DNA of 64,000 nucleotides from an uncultured Herminiimonas sp. GTDB lineage: Bacteria > Pseudomonadota > Gammaproteobacteria > Burkholderiales > Burkholderiaceae_D. The stretch is from NCBI GenBank assembly GCA_963975775.1, contig CAXBIF010000001.1, positions 267,413 to 331,412 on the forward strand, read 5' to 3'. The translations under genes and the position numbers were made by a program. This document shows, in pieces, positions 20,743 through 32,199 of the stretch. Under the pieces are notes generated by a model. That model was not told where the DNA came from, ran no database searches, and saw only the letters and a program-made list of their open reading frames with translations. Positions within the stretch are counted from its first letter, which is position 1. Each line of letters starts with the position of its first letter.

Positions 20743-22431
20743 ATGTTTCGAGAACGCAATGATTTGGCCGGCACGCAACTCAATAATCTCATGGAGGTTG
20801 CGGGGGAGGTCGTGTTACGGCTCGATGCAGAGGGCGTGCTCTTGTCCGCGAGTCGTCGTTCAGCGGAGATTATGGGCGACTACGCAATACGTGTGGGCGC
20901 GAGTCTGTTTGATTTGGTGGCGTCACACGACCGGCATGCGATGGAAGCTTGTCTGCATAAGTCGATAGAAACACGCCTGCCCACCCGCGTAAACGTACTG
21001 TTTTTGACGCAAGAAGGCCCATTGCAACTTGATTTGCAGATGATCGCCTATGAAGTGGCTAACAAAATCGAACTGGCGCTGACTGGCCGCGATATTTCCG
21101 CGCAACAGGCAACCGAAGCGCGGCTCTTACATATGTCGACGCACGACGAACTGACGGGATTGCCAAATCGTTCGCTGCTGAGTGACCGCATACGTATGTC
21201 GATTGCGCAGGCGCAACGCGCCGAACATGGTTTTGCGATTATTTCACTTGATCTAGACGGCTTTAAAAAGGTCAACGATGCGCTAGGCCATGGTGTTGGC
21301 GACGCGTTGTTGCGGGTGGCGGGAGACCGCTTGCGTCGTTTATTGCGCGATATTGATACCTTGGCGCGTGTCGGAGGCGATGAATTTGTTGCCGTATTGC
21401 CGCGTGCAAAAAGCGATGCAGAGATCCAGCATGTCGCGCGCCGTATGATCGCCGCGATGCAACTGCCATTTGAGATCGATGGCCACAGCTTGTACGTCAG
21501 TACGTCGATAGGCGCGGCGATTTATCCGACCCACGGTGATACCGAGGTGAAGTTGCTGGCGCATGCTGATACGGCAATGTGTCGCGCCAAGGAAACCGGG
21601 AAGGCGCGTTGTGTCGTATATAGCGAGTTGGCGGATAAAGTCGAGCATGATGTATCGGTCGAAGCGGCGATGTTTGAGGCGGTGAGAAACGGCGAGTTTC
21701 TATTGCACTATCAGCCTATCGTTGATGCAAAAACACGGCAGATCATGGGCTTTGAAGCCTTGATGCGTTGGATGCGCCCAGAGATAGGCTTGGTTTCGCC
21801 CGTGCAGTTTATTCCGATGGCGGAAGACAATGGCCTGATTAATTTGTTGGGCGCATGGGTGCTTAAGGCCGCATGCGCCCAACTGAAAAAATTTGAAGAA
21901 GTTATTGGTCGCGAATTGTATGTTTCAGTCAACGTCAGTCCGCGTCAGTTTCGCAATGATCAGTTTTTGCGGGTGATGGATGACGCCGTCAAGCTGTCTG
22001 GCATACAAGGACATCAATTGATGCTGGAAATTACTGAGGGGATCTTGATGTCTGACCCTGAGTATGCGGAAACGCTGTTGATTAGCATAGCGTCACGCGG
22101 CGTGCGGATTGCGATTGATGATTTTGGTACCGGCTATTCGTCACTCGCTTATTTGAAGCGCTTTCCTATTTCTACGCTTAAGATCGACCGTACCTTTATT
22201 AAAGACTTGCCTGAGTCCGTTAAGGACGCAGCAATTTGTAATGTTGTGTTGAGCTTGGCGAGTCATTTGAACTTGATGACAGTGGCAGAGGGCGTGGAAA
22301 ATGATCAACAGTTGAATTTCCTTACTGCGCAAGGATGTTCGCTGATTCAGGGATTCCATACCGGTTGGCCGTTGTTACCAGATGCAATATTAGAAGTACT
22401 GGCAGCGGAAACGGCTGAAGTATCTCATTAA
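20743..22431 (+). CDS. PAS-GGDEF-EAL protein (c-di-GMP cyclase/phosphodiesterase)
   Basis: Intact GGDEF, EAL and DDFGTGYSS motifs. Confidence 0.95.
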   Translation: MFRERNDLAGTQLNNLMEVAGEVVLRLDAEGVLLSASRRSAEIMGDYAIRVGASLFDLVASHDRHAMEACLHKSIETRLPTRVNVLFLTQEGPLQLDLQMIAYEVANKIELALTGRDISAQQATEARLLHMSTHDELTGLPNRSLLSDRIRMSIAQAQRAEHGFAIISLDLDGFKKVNDALGHGVGDALLRVAGDRLRRLLRDIDTLARVGGDEFVAVLPRAKSDAEIQHVARRMIAAMQLPFEIDGHSLYVSTSIGAAIYPTHGDTEVKLLAHADTAMCRAKETGKARCVVYSELADKVEHDVSVEAAMFEAVRNGEFLLHYQPIVDAKTRQIMGFEALMRWMRPEIGLVSPVQFIPMAEDNGLINLLGAWVLKAACAQLKKFEEVIGRELYVSVNVSPRQFRNDQFLRVMDDAVKLSGIQGHQLMLEITEGILMSDPEYAETLLISIASRGVRIAIDDFGTGYSSLAYLKRFPISTLKIDRTFIKDLPESVKDAAICNVVLSLASHLNLMTVAEGVENDQQLNFLTAQGCSLIQGFHTGWPLLPDAILEVLAAETAEVSH

Positions 22432-22458
22432 CCCGTCGATGATAAAAAAGCAGAAGAA

Positions 22459-23973
22459 ATGACAAATCGAGATGGCTTAATGGTAGCGCCTGAAGACACC
22501 CTAGAGTTGCTGTGGGAACGTGTGCGCCAGCGCGGCGATTTGCCCGGCTTCTCCAAAGTGGTGAGTGCCATTGTGGGCGCGATGCAGGGCGATGACGATC
22601 GCGAATTTAGTATGACGCGCACGGTATTGTCTGACCCTACTCTTACGCAACGCGTTTTGCGGCTCGCCAATAGCGCGATGTATTCGGCTTTCGGACAGGG
22701 GATCAATACTGTTTCCAAAGCGGTGATTGTCCTCGGCACAGAAACCATAGGCCATCTCGCATTGGGATTGAAGCTGATAGATGGTTTGTCGGCGGCCTCC
22801 GAAAGTGCTTCTAACACGCGCAACGAAATGGAAAAAGCGGTATTGGCGGGACAAATTGCGCGCCAAGTCGCATCGTCATCCCCGCGCCGCGATACGGAAG
22901 AAGTGGTCGTTTGTTCCATGTTGCATTCGCTTGGTCGTTTAATGGTGTCTTTTTACTTGCCCGAACAATGGGCGGTGGTGCAGGCGCGTGTTGCTAAAAA
23001 CAATCAGAGCGAAGAAGAGGCGGCCAGAGCAATACTGGGCATGGGACTGGATGAGATTGGCCGCTCGATTGGCAGGCGTTGGGGGTTCCCCACACAGTTG
23101 ATCGACAGCTTGAAACATGTGCCGCCAAGAGTTGATGATAATGTTGATGCACCGCTTGATCACGCAGAGTGGCTGGCCGCGATTTCCACTATGTCGACGA
23201 GTTGCGCTGATGTGTTGTGTGAGGCGGGCGGTACCTCGGATGATATCGACGCAGCATTAGAGAAAATTGCTGGCAATTATGCAGACATGTTGGGTTTAGA
23301 CACCTCAACTGTATTCTCGGCGGTGGAATTGGCGCAGCAATTGGCGAAAGAAGAAACCTTGCAAAAGGCATCGCACGATGAGGCAGCGTCCAGAATTGTG
23401 ACGACAACAGCGCCTGGCAAGCCAATCGAAGCGTTGAATATTTTGGCACGTGGCATCGCCGATATGCGTAATCAGGGTAGTAGCGCTAGCACTGGGCATT
23501 TGATGACAATGGCCTTGGAGACCGTGTATCAAGGTTTAGGTCTGAGTCGCGCGATTGCATTTTTGCGCAATCATGACGAAGGTAAATATACGGCGCGTAT
23601 GTGTTTTGGTGATCGCACCGAGGAGTTGTTGCCACGTCTGGTATTCACTGATGCGTATGAGCCCGATGTATTTCATGCGGCTTTGGCAAACGATAAAATG
23701 ATTTTTGTCGAAGATGCGCAGATGCCGGACTTTCTCAACAAGTTGCCACGTTGGTGGCGCAATGCATTGCCGAGTTCGCGCAGCTTTGTTGTGTTGCCTT
23801 TGATGGTAAATTTTCATCCTATTGGCTTTATCTATGGCGATTGGGATGCCAAGTTATCCGAGACCATCATGTCGGATGAGGTGGTGTTGTTGGACCAGTT
23901 GCGGGCTTTGATTGTCGATGCGATTGAATATCGGAGTCGCCTGGCACCGAACTGGGCGCGCACCATGCGTTGA
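22459..23973 (+). CDS. HDOD domain protein with C-terminal GAF-like region
   Basis: DLPGFSKVV, DPTLTQRVLRLANS, MLHSLGRL, RRWGFP. Confidence 0.88.
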   Translation: MTNRDGLMVAPEDTLELLWERVRQRGDLPGFSKVVSAIVGAMQGDDDREFSMTRTVLSDPTLTQRVLRLANSAMYSAFGQGINTVSKAVIVLGTETIGHLALGLKLIDGLSAASESASNTRNEMEKAVLAGQIARQVASSSPRRDTEEVVVCSMLHSLGRLMVSFYLPEQWAVVQARVAKNNQSEEEAARAILGMGLDEIGRSIGRRWGFPTQLIDSLKHVPPRVDDNVDAPLDHAEWLAAISTMSTSCADVLCEAGGTSDDIDAALEKIAGNYADMLGLDTSTVFSAVELAQQLAKEETLQKASHDEAASRIVTTTAPGKPIEALNILARGIADMRNQGSSASTGHLMTMALETVYQGLGLSRAIAFLRNHDEGKYTARMCFGDRTEELLPRLVFTDAYEPDVFHAALANDKMIFVEDAQMPDFLNKLPRWWRNALPSSRSFVVLPLMVNFHPIGFIYGDWDAKLSETIMSDEVVLLDQLRALIVDAIEYRSRLAPNWARTMR

Positions 23974-24076
23974 TAGATTGAGGCGCGTCGCAGCAATCTC
24001 CTGGTAAAAGATGTAAAAAAAGATATAAACATCCCCAAACAATCTCATCCACACGGCATGACATTTTATTTCCGGC

Positions 24077-24093
24077 ATAATTAGGGTCGGAGT
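24077..24093 (+). repeat. Left motif flanking Y1 transposase-like gene
   Basis: ATAATTAGGGTCGGAGT; inverted matches at 24835-24844 and 24877-24888. Confidence 0.55.
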
Positions 24094-24111
24094 AATTTGC
24101 GATGGATTTTT

Positions 24112-24822
24112 ATGGCTCGTCTTGCCCGCCTCGTTGTTCCCCATCATGCGCATCATATTATCCAGCAGGGTAATGATCAGCAATTGATCTTCCGGGAAAC
24201 CGCCGACTACATGGTTTTTCTTGATTGGCTGCGTGATGCGGCACGGCAATTCAAGGTCGCGATCCATGCCTATGTACTAATGCCCAGCCAATTACAATTA
24301 TTGGCGACACCTTCAGATGTGGAAGGTTTGTCGCGCTTGATGCAATGGGTGGGCCGGCACTATGTACCGTATTTCAATCGCAAATATCAGCGTAGCGGCA
24401 CCTTGTGGCAAGGACGCTTTAAAGCCACCGTGATCGATGCAGATCATTATTTGATGATGTGTTGTCGCTATATTGAGTTGAGTCCTGTGCACGAAGGTTT
24501 GGTGTCGCAAGCCGATGATTATCCCTGGTCCAGTTATCCGCATCATATCGGCACACGCTCGGACCTTTTGATTAGCGATCACGTTTTATATTGGGCTTTG
24601 GGTAACACGCCCTTCCAGCGCGAGGCTGCGTATAAAGCGCAGATCGCACAAGGAATTGCGGATAATGATCGCCGAGCTTTGGTGAATGCAACTGCAAAAG
24701 GATGGGTATTAGGCTCAGAAGCGTTCAAGACGGCACTAGAAAAGCTCACCCGTCGCAGAGTACGACAGGTCAAGCGGGGTCGGCCACCGCGCCAATTGCC
24801 GGTAAAAGACGGAGGGCTATAA
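24112..24822 (+). CDS. Y1 (IS200/RAYT-like) transposase homologue with degenerate HUH motif
   Basis: MARLAR, HHIIQQGN, HAYVLMPSQLQLL, RSGTLWQGRF, YIELSP, YPWSSY. Confidence 0.85.
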   Translation: MARLARLVVPHHAHHIIQQGNDQQLIFRETADYMVFLDWLRDAARQFKVAIHAYVLMPSQLQLLATPSDVEGLSRLMQWVGRHYVPYFNRKYQRSGTLWQGRFKATVIDADHYLMMCCRYIELSPVHEGLVSQADDYPWSSYPHHIGTRSDLLISDHVLYWALGNTPFQREAAYKAQIAQGIADNDRRALVNATAKGWVLGSEAFKTALEKLTRRRVRQVKRGRPPRQLPVKDGGL

Positions 24823-24834
24823 TATTTACTATGT

Positions 24835-24888
24835 CCCTAATTATTTTAAGCATGGCCGCGATTGTGTTTTAAATAGACTCTGACCCTA
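24835..24888 (-). repeat. Two right-hand inverted copies of the flanking motif
   Basis: CCCTAATTAT (10/10 to ATAATTAGGG) and ACTCTGACCCTA (11/12 to TAGGGTCGGAGT). Confidence 0.55.
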
Positions 24889-24949
24889 TTTATTGAGGTT
24901 GAAATTCACTTTGTGCTGCACTATCCTTCATGCCTTGATTTGAAAAGTA

Positions 24950-27900
24950 GTGGAGAAGGTTATGCACGCGCAAGGTTTATACGATCCAGCTAACGAACAT
25001 GACGCCTGCGGCGTCGGTTTTATCGCTCATATCAAAGGCAAAAAAAGCCATTCCATCGTTGAGCAAGGTTTGCTCATTCTGAAAAATCTCGACCATCGTG
25101 GCGCTGTCGGTGCCGACAAGCTGATGGGCGACGGTGCTGGCATCTTGATTCAGGTGCCTGATCAGTATTTCCGTGAAGAGATGGCGAAACAAGGCGTGAA
25201 CCTGCCGCCCCCAGGCGAATATGGCGTAGGCATGGTGTTTCTGCCGAAAGAAAACGCATCGCGCATCGCTTGCGAGCAGGAAATTGAGCGCGCGGTACTG
25301 GCAGAAGGTCAAGTGGTATTGGGCTGGCGTGATGTCGCCGTCGATAAAGAAATGCCGATGTCGCCTACCGTGCGCGACAAAGAGCCAGTGATTCGTCAGA
25401 TTTTCATCGGCCGCGGTCAAGACATCATGGTGACTGATGCGCTCGAGCGCAAACTGTTCGTGATTCGTAAATCTTCGGGTCACGCGATTCGCGCATTGAA
25501 TCTGATCCACGGTCAGGAGTTCTTTGTTGCCTCGATGTCGGCGCGTACCATCGTATACAAAGGCTTGTTGTTGGCGGATCAAGTCGGTGAATACTATCGT
25601 GATCTGCAAGACCCGCGCTGCGTGTCTGCACTGGCGCTGGTGCATCAACGTTTCTCGACCAACACCTTCCCGGAATGGCCGCTGGCACACCCGTATCGCC
25701 TGATCGCACACAACGGCGAGATCAATACCGTCAAAGGTAACTTCAACTGGATGCGCGCGCGTGAAGGCATCATGCAGTCGGCCGTGCTGGGCGACGATTT
25801 GAAAAAATTATTCCCATTGATTTATGAAGGTCAGTCCGATACAGCTTGCTTTGACAATGCGCTCGAACTGTTGGTGATGGCTGGATACCCAGTGGCGCAA
25901 GCAATGATGATGATGATTCCAGAAGCATGGGAAAACCACACGCTGATGGATGAAAACCGCCGCGCTTTCTACGAATATCACGCCGCGATGATGGAGCCAT
26001 GGGATGGCCCTGCTGCGATGGCATTTACCGATGGTCGTCACATTGGCGGCACGCTGGATCGGAATGGTTTGCGTCCTGCGCGCTACATCGTGACCGACGA
26101 CGATTTGGTGGTGATGGCCTCGGAGTCGGGTGTATTGCCAATTCCTGAGTCGAAGATTATTCAAAAATGGCGTCTGCAACCGGGCAAAATGTTCCTGATC
26201 GATTTGGATGCGGGTCGCATCATCGATGACAAGGAATTGAAAGATACCTATGCTAACGCCAAGCCGTATAAGCAATGGATCCAATCGGTACGCATCAAGC
26301 TCAATGAAGTAAAAGAAGAGCCAGCTGAAGCTAAGCGTTTGACACCGCTGCTGGATCTTCAGCAGGTCTTCGGTTACACCCAGGAAGATCTGAAATTCCT
26401 GATGGCACCGATGGCAGCGAATGGTGAAGAAGCCACTGGCTCTATGGGTAATGACTCGCCGCTGGCCGTCATGTCCAACAAAGACAAGCCGCTGTACAGC
26501 TACTTCAAACAGTTGTTCGCGCAGGTGACTAATCCACCTATCGATCCGATTCGCGAAGCAATGGTGATGTCGCTGGTATCGTTTATCGGACCTAAGCCAA
26601 ATCTGCTGGACACCAACAACATCAACCCGCCTATGCGTCTGGAAGTATCGCAGCCGATACTTGATTACGCGGACATGGCGAAGTTGCGCAAGATTGACGC
26701 GCACACCGGCAGAAAATTCAAGTCGCATGAGTTGAATATCTGCTACCCGATCGCATGGGGCAAAGAAGGTATCGAAGCACGTTTGGCATCGCTGTGCGCA
26801 CAAGCGGTCGATGCTGTTAAATCCGGCCACAACATTTTGATCGTATCTGATCGTCAAGTGGATGAGGCGCAAGTCGCGATTCCAGCATTGCTGGCAACCT
26901 CTGCTATCCATTTGCATTTGGTCAGCAAGGGCATGCGCACTTCTACCGGTCTGGTAGTAGAAACCGGTTCGGCACGCGAGACGCATCACTTTGCATTATT
27001 GGCAGGGTATGGCGCAGAAGCGATCCATCCGTACCTCGCGATGGATACGTTGGCCGCGCTGGCGAAGGATCTGCCGGGCGAGTTGTCGCCGGAAAAAGCG
27101 ATCGGCAATTACCAAAAAGCAGTTGGTAAGGGCTTGATGAAAGTCATGTCGAAAATGGGCATCTCGACCTACATGTCGTATTGCGGCGCGCAGATTTTCG
27201 AAGCAATTGGTTTGAATAAATCGTTGATCGAAAAATACTTCAAAGGTACTGCGTCGAATGTCGAGGGCATAGGCGTGTTTGAAGTCGCGGAAGAAGCATT
27301 GCGCTTACACGAAAAAGCATTCAGTGCTGATCCGGTGTTGGCACATCAACTCGATGCGGGTGGCGAATATGCATTCCGTATTCGCGGCGAAGAGCACATG
27401 TGGACGCCGGATGCGATTGCCAAGCTACAGCATTCGACCCGCGCCAATAACTTCAGCACGTACAAAGAATACGCACAAATCATTAATGATCAATCGCAGC
27501 GTCACATGACCTTGCGTGGGTTGTTCGAGTTCAAGTTTGATCCTGCTACGGCGATTCCGTTGGATGAAGTCGAGCCGGCAAAAGAAATCGTCAAGCGTTT
27601 TGCAACTGGTGCGATGTCGCTCGGCTCGATCTCGACCGAAGCGCACGCGACACTGGCGGTTGCGATGAATCGCATCGGCGGCAAATCGAATACCGGTGAA
27701 GGCGGCGAGGATACCAAGCGCTATCGCCAAGAGTTGCGTGGTATTCCAATCAAGGAAGCGACCACCTTGGCAGCAGTGATCGGTAATGATGTGGTGGTGC
27801 GCGATATGCCGCTTGAGCCGGGTGATTCGTTGCGCTCGAAAATCAAGCAAGTTGCATCCGGTCGCTTTGGGGTGACCGCAGAATATCTGGCGTCTGCAGA

Positions 27901-29650
27901 ACAGATTCAGATCAAGATGGCGCAAGGCGCAAAGCCGGGTGAAGGCGGTCAGCTGCCGGGTCACAAAGTGTCCGATTACATTGCACGTCTGCGTTTCTCG
28001 GTACCAGGCGTGGGTTTGATTTCTCCACCACCGCATCACGATATTTATTCTATCGAGGATTTGGCGCAACTGATTCATGACTTGAAAAACGCGAATCCAA
28101 GCGCGTCGATTTCGACCAAGTTGGTGGCTGAAGTTGGTGTTGGCACGGTCGCAACTGGTGTCGCCAAAGCAAAATCTGATCACATCGTGATTGCCGGGCA
28201 TGACGGTGGTACCGGCGCGTCGCCGCAATCGTCGATCAAGCATGCTGGTTCGCCATGGGAATTAGGTTTGGCAGAGACGCAGCAAACTTTGTTGCTGAAT
28301 GGCTTGCGTGGTCGTATCCGTTTGCAAGCAGATGGTCAAATGAAAACCGGTCGCGATGTCGTGATCGCTGGTTTGTTGGGCGCGGATGAAATGGGCTTCT
28401 CGACTGCACCACTGGTGACCGAGGGTTGCATCATGATGCGCAAGTGCCATCTGAATACTTGCCCCGTCGGTGTTGCGACACAGGACCCTGCATTGCGCGC
28501 CAAGTTCGATGGAAAACCAGAATACGTGGTTAACTATTTCTTCTTCGTTGCAGAAGAAGCGCGTCAAATCATGGCGCAGTTAGGTGTACGTACTTTCGAT
28601 GAGCTGATCGGCCGGGCCGATCTGCTCGACAAGTCGAGTGCGATCACGCATTGGAAAGCCAAGGGCTTGGATTTCAGCCGTATCTTCCATCAGCCGGAAG
28701 TGTCTGCAGATGAGCCGCGCTATCACGTTGATGTGCAGGATCACAATTTGGCCAAGGCTCTGGATCACAAGTTGATCGCACAAGCTAAGGCGGCGCTTGA
28801 AAATGGGGAAAAAGTTTCATTCATTTCCACCATCAAAAACGTTAATCGCACGGTCGGTACGATGTTGTCCGGTGAGGTAGCGAAGAAATACGGCCATGAA
28901 GGTTTACCTGACGACACCATCCATATTCAGTTGCAAGGTACGGCTGGTCAATCGGCAGGCGCTTTCCTCGCACACGGTATTACGCTGGATCTGGTAGGTG
29001 AGGGCAACGATTATGTTGGTAAAGGTTTGTCTGGTGGTCGCATCATCGTGCGTCCAAATACTGAGTTCCGCGGTCGTGCGATAGAAAACATCATCAGCGG
29101 TAACACGCTGCTGTATGGCGCGGTTGCTGGCGAGGCATTCTTCAATGGCGTTGCTGGTGAACGTTTTGCCGTGCGTAACTCAGGCGCCGTGACAGTGGTT
29201 GAAGGTACGGGCGACCATGGTTGCGAATACATGACAGGCGGTACCGTAGTCGTGTTGGGCGATACCGGTCGCAACTTTGCTGCTGGTATGTCGGGCGGTA
29301 TTGCTTATGTCTACGATCCTAAAGGCGAGTTCGCCGAAAAGTGCAATATGGCGATGGTGGCACTCGAGCCAGTTCATTCGGCTGCCGATCAGGAAGGCAA
29401 AGCTGATCGCGGGATCTGGCATAGCGCGACACGTGGTGCAGAAGCGCAAACCGATGAGGCGATACTCAAGAGTTTGATCGAGCGTCACTTCAAATACACT
29501 GGCAGCACGCGCGCTCGCGCCCTGCTGGACGAGTGGAGCACGGCGCGCAGCAAGTTCGTTAAAGTGTTCCCATCGGAGTACAAGCGCGCATTGACCGAGA
29601 TGCATGCGGCCAAGGCTGAGCAAACTGCTTCGACCAAGGTTGTAGCTTAA
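24950..29650 (+). CDS. gltB: Glutamate synthase large subunit
   Basis: [42 protein letters not shown]; start could be ATG 24962. Confidence 0.99.
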   Translation: MEKVMHAQGLYDPANEHDACGVGFIAHIKGKKSHSIVEQGLLILKNLDHRGAVGADKLMGDGAGILIQVPDQYFREEMAKQGVNLPPPGEYGVGMVFLPKENASRIACEQEIERAVLAEGQVVLGWRDVAVDKEMPMSPTVRDKEPVIRQIFIGRGQDIMVTDALERKLFVIRKSSGHAIRALNLIHGQEFFVASMSARTIVYKGLLLADQVGEYYRDLQDPRCVSALALVHQRFSTNTFPEWPLAHPYRLIAHNGEINTVKGNFNWMRAREGIMQSAVLGDDLKKLFPLIYEGQSDTACFDNALELLVMAGYPVAQAMMMMIPEAWENHTLMDENRRAFYEYHAAMMEPWDGPAAMAFTDGRHIGGTLDRNGLRPARYIVTDDDLVVMASESGVLPIPESKIIQKWRLQPGKMFLIDLDAGRIIDDKELKDTYANAKPYKQWIQSVRIKLNEVKEEPAEAKRLTPLLDLQQVFGYTQEDLKFLMAPMAANGEEATGSMGNDSPLAVMSNKDKPLYSYFKQLFAQVTNPPIDPIREAMVMSLVSFIGPKPNLLDTNNINPPMRLEVSQPILDYADMAKLRKIDAHTGRKFKSHELNICYPIAWGKEGIEARLASLCAQAVDAVKSGHNILIVSDRQVDEAQVAIPALLATSAIHLHLVSKGMRTSTGLVVETGSARETHHFALLAGYGAEAIHPYLAMDTLAALAKDLPGELSPEKAIGNYQKAVGKGLMKVMSKMGISTYMSYCGAQIFEAIGLNKSLIEKYFKGTASNVEGIGVFEVAEEALRLHEKAFSADPVLAHQLDAGGEYAFRIRGEEHMWTPDAIAKLQHSTRANNFSTYKEYAQIINDQSQRHMTLRGLFEFKFDPATAIPLDEVEPAKEIVKRFATGAMSLGSISTEAHATLAVAMNRIGGKSNTGEGGEDTKRYRQELRGIPIKEATTLAAVIGNDVVVRDMPLEPGDSLRSKIKQVASGRFGVTAEYLASAEQIQIKMAQGAKPGEGGQLPGHKVSDYIARLRFSVPGVGLISPPPHHDIYSIEDLAQLIHDLKNANPSASISTKLVAEVGVGTVATGVAKAKSDHIVIAGHDGGTGASPQSSIKHAGSPWELGLAETQQTLLLNGLRGRIRLQADGQMKTGRDVVIAGLLGADEMGFSTAPLVTEGCIMMRKCHLNTCPVGVATQDPALRAKFDGKPEYVVNYFFFVAEEARQIMAQLGVRTFDELIGRADLLDKSSAITHWKAKGLDFSRIFHQPEVSADEPRYHVDVQDHNLAKALDHKLIAQAKAALENGEKVSFISTIKNVNRTVGTMLSGEVAKKYGHEGLPDDTIHIQLQGTAGQSAGAFLAHGITLDLVGEGNDYVGKGLSGGRIIVRPNTEFRGRAIENIISGNTLLYGAVAGEAFFNGVAGERFAVRNSGAVTVVEGTGDHGCEYMTGGTVVVLGDTGRNFAAGMSGGIAYVYDPKGEFAEKCNMAMVALEPVHSAADQEGKADRGIWHSATRGAEAQTDEAILKSLIERHFKYTGSTRARALLDEWSTARSKFVKVFPSEYKRALTEMHAAKAEQTASTKVVA

Positions 29651-29745
29651 TTGGGATAGCACCCAGCGGGTTGCATAGGTTGTAGTTACAGGTCTGGTCG
29701 CGATAGCGACCAGACTGAAACGTAAGTTTAGAAGGCGAGAGAAAT

Positions 29746-31209
29746 ATGGGAAAGATTACTGGCTTTATGGAATTCGAGCGCATGAAAGAAGCGAGCGAGG
29801 AACCAGAGAAGCGTATCAAACATTACAAAGAATTCAGCGTGCACCTGAGCGATGCGGATTCAAAAGTGCAAGCAGCGCGCTGCATGGATTGCGGTATTCC
29901 GTTTTGCAATAACGGCTGTCCGGTCAACAACATCATTCCCGATTGGAACGATCTGGTATATAGCGGCGCATATCAGCAAGCGCTGGATACCCTGCATTCG
30001 ACCAACAACTTTCCGGAATTTACTGGTCGTATCTGTCCTGCGCCATGCGAAACAGCATGTACGCTCGGCATCAATGAAGATCCGGTTGGGATCAAATCGA
30101 TCGAGCATTTCATCATCGACAAAGGTTGGGAAAACGGTTGGGTTGTGCCGCAAGTGCCGACTATCAAAACCGGCAAAAAAATTGCTGTGGTTGGTTCGGG
30201 ACCAGCAGGTATGGCAGCCGCACAGCAGTTGGCGCGTGTCGGCCATGATGTCACTTTGTTTGAGAAAAACGATAGAGTCGGCGGTTTGCTGCGTTACGGC
30301 ATCCCAGACTTCAAGATGGAAAAATCGCACATTGATCTGCGCGTCAAGCAGATGGAAGCAGAGGGTGTGACTTTCCGCACCGGTGTGTTGGTGGGTAAGG
30401 ATTTTCCATCCAATGTTATCAACTGGGCCAAAGAAACGATTTCTCCAGAGCAGTTGAACAAAGATTTTGATGCCGTCATCTTGACTGGCGGTGCTGAAAC
30501 GCCCCGTGATTTACCAGTGCCTGGACGCGAATTAAAAGGCGTGCATTTTGCGATGGATTTTCTGTCGCCGCAAAATAAAGTCAACGCGGGTGACAAGGTC
30601 AAGGATCAAATTCTGGCAACTGGCAAGCATGTGATCGTGATCGGTGGTGGCGATACTGGTTCCGATTGCGTTGGTACTTCAAATCGTCACGGCGCAGCAT
30701 CGATTGCGCAATTTGAATTGTTGCCGCAGCCGCCGGAAGAAGAAAACAAGCCGCTGGTGTGGCCTTACTGGCCAACCAAGCTGCGCACGTCGTCTTCGCA
30801 TGAAGAGGGTTGTGATCGTGATTGGGCGGTGGCGACTAAGCGCTTGGAAGGCAAAGACGGCAAGGTCGAAAAATTGATCGCAGCTCGCGTTGAGTGGAAA
30901 GACGGCAAGATGGTCGAAGTGCCGGATTCGGAATTCGAAATGAAAGCTGATTTGGTGTTACTGGCGATGGGCTTCGTGTCGCCGGTGGCACAAGTGCTGG
31001 ATGCGTTCGGGGTCGACAAGGATGCGCGCGGCAATGTCAAGGCGACTACGGACGGCGAAGGTTGTTATCGGACCTCGGTCGACAAGGTGTTTGCCGCGGG
31101 TGATATTCGCCGTGGTCAGTCGCTGGTGGTGTGGGCGATCCGTGAAGGACGCCAGTGCGCGCGTGAAGTTGATGCTTTCTTGATGGGTAATTCAGTCCTG
31201 CCACGCTAA
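29746..31209 (+). CDS. gltD: Glutamate synthase small subunit
   Basis: [33 protein letters not shown]. Confidence 0.99.
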   Translation: MGKITGFMEFERMKEASEEPEKRIKHYKEFSVHLSDADSKVQAARCMDCGIPFCNNGCPVNNIIPDWNDLVYSGAYQQALDTLHSTNNFPEFTGRICPAPCETACTLGINEDPVGIKSIEHFIIDKGWENGWVVPQVPTIKTGKKIAVVGSGPAGMAAAQQLARVGHDVTLFEKNDRVGGLLRYGIPDFKMEKSHIDLRVKQMEAEGVTFRTGVLVGKDFPSNVINWAKETISPEQLNKDFDAVILTGGAETPRDLPVPGRELKGVHFAMDFLSPQNKVNAGDKVKDQILATGKHVIVIGGGDTGSDCVGTSNRHGAASIAQFELLPQPPEEENKPLVWPYWPTKLRTSSSHEEGCDRDWAVATKRLEGKDGKVEKLIAARVEWKDGKMVEVPDSEFEMKADLVLLAMGFVSPVAQVLDAFGVDKDARGNVKATTDGEGCYRTSVDKVFAAGDIRRGQSLVVWAIREGRQCAREVDAFLMGNSVLPR

Positions 31210-31257
31210 CCGGCTATCACTGGTACTTTTGTAAGATGATCGCAAGCTGTGTGATCT

Positions 31258-31295
31258 AAAAAACCCGCTGCCTTGAAAAGGGCAGCGGGTTTTTT
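31258..31295 (+). terminator. Intrinsic terminator of gltBD
   Basis: AAAAAACCCGCTGCC-loop-GGCAGCGGGTTTTTT. Confidence 0.9.
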
Positions 31296-31395
31296 ACAAC
31301 GATATGTCAGTGTGTTGTGTATAAAACCCGGCTTCTTCAGAAGAGTTTACGCATTCTGCTCTACAATTGCGGGATTGAAATAATCCTACGTTGCT

Positions 31396-32199
31396 GTGTC
31401 CAATCTCGTTGAAATCCGTAATTTGCAATTCCACTATGGCGAGCGTCCGATTTTATCGGCGCTGGATATGGATTTCCCGCGGGGCAAAGTTATTGCTGTG
31501 ATGGGCGGTTCTGGTTCCGGCAAGACCACCATATTGCGCTTGATCGGCGGTCAGCTACAGGCGCAAACGGGTACGATTAAGGTTGCTGGCGAGTTGGTCG
31601 ATCCGCAGCATACCGAGGCCTTGTACAAGTTGCGGCGCAATATGGGCATGTTGTTTCAACATGGCGCGTTGTTTACTGATATGTCGGTATTCGACAATGT
31701 GGCCTTCCCATTGCGTGAACACACCGATTTGTCAGAGCAAATGATTCACGATTTAGTGTTGATGAAATTGCATGCAGTCGGTTTGCGCAATGCCTCAGCG
31801 TTGAAGCCGGCCGAAATTTCTGGCGGGATGGCGCGGCGTGTTGCGCTGGCGCGTGCGATCGCGCTTGATCCAGTGTTGATCATGTACGACGAGCCGTTTG
31901 CTGGTCTTGATCCAATCTCAATGGGGATGACCGCAAATTTGATCCGCAAATTGAATGATGCGTTAGGCTCGACTTCGATTCTGGTATCACACGATGTGCA
32001 TGAATCGTTCTTGATTGCCGACTATGTCTATTTTCTTTCTGGCGGTTCCATCGTTGCCGAAGGCACGCCGGCAGAAATGATGGCGTCTGATGATCCGTAT
32101 GTGAGGCAATTCGTTAATGCTGCACCTGAAGGTCCGGTGCCGTTCCATTATCCAGGCACATCGCTGGCGGCCGATCTGGGATTGGAGCCGCGTTCATGA
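31396..32199 (+). CDS. mlaF: Mla ABC transporter ATP-binding protein
   Basis: GGSGSGKT, ISGGMARRVALAR, YDEPFAGLDP; GTG start. Confidence 0.95.
   Translation: MSNLVEIRNLQFHYGERPILSALDMDFPRGKVIAVMGGSGSGKTTILRLIGGQLQAQTGTIKVAGELVDPQHTEALYKLRRNMGMLFQHGALFTDMSVFDNVAFPLREHTDLSEQMIHDLVLMKLHAVGLRNASALKPAEISGGMARRVALARAIALDPVLIMYDEPFAGLDPISMGMTANLIRKLNDALGSTSILVSHDVHESFLIADYVYFLSGGSIVAEGTPAEMMASDDPYVRQFVNAAPEGPVPFHYPGTSLAADLGLEPRS

Noticed and set aside
24977-29477. Long antisense ORFs opposite gltB (e.g. 25808-26989, 27425-28243) and similar shadow ORFs opposite uvrA, his genes and tex
   Set aside because: Expected shadows of strongly codon-biased genes; no recognisable motifs or RBS.
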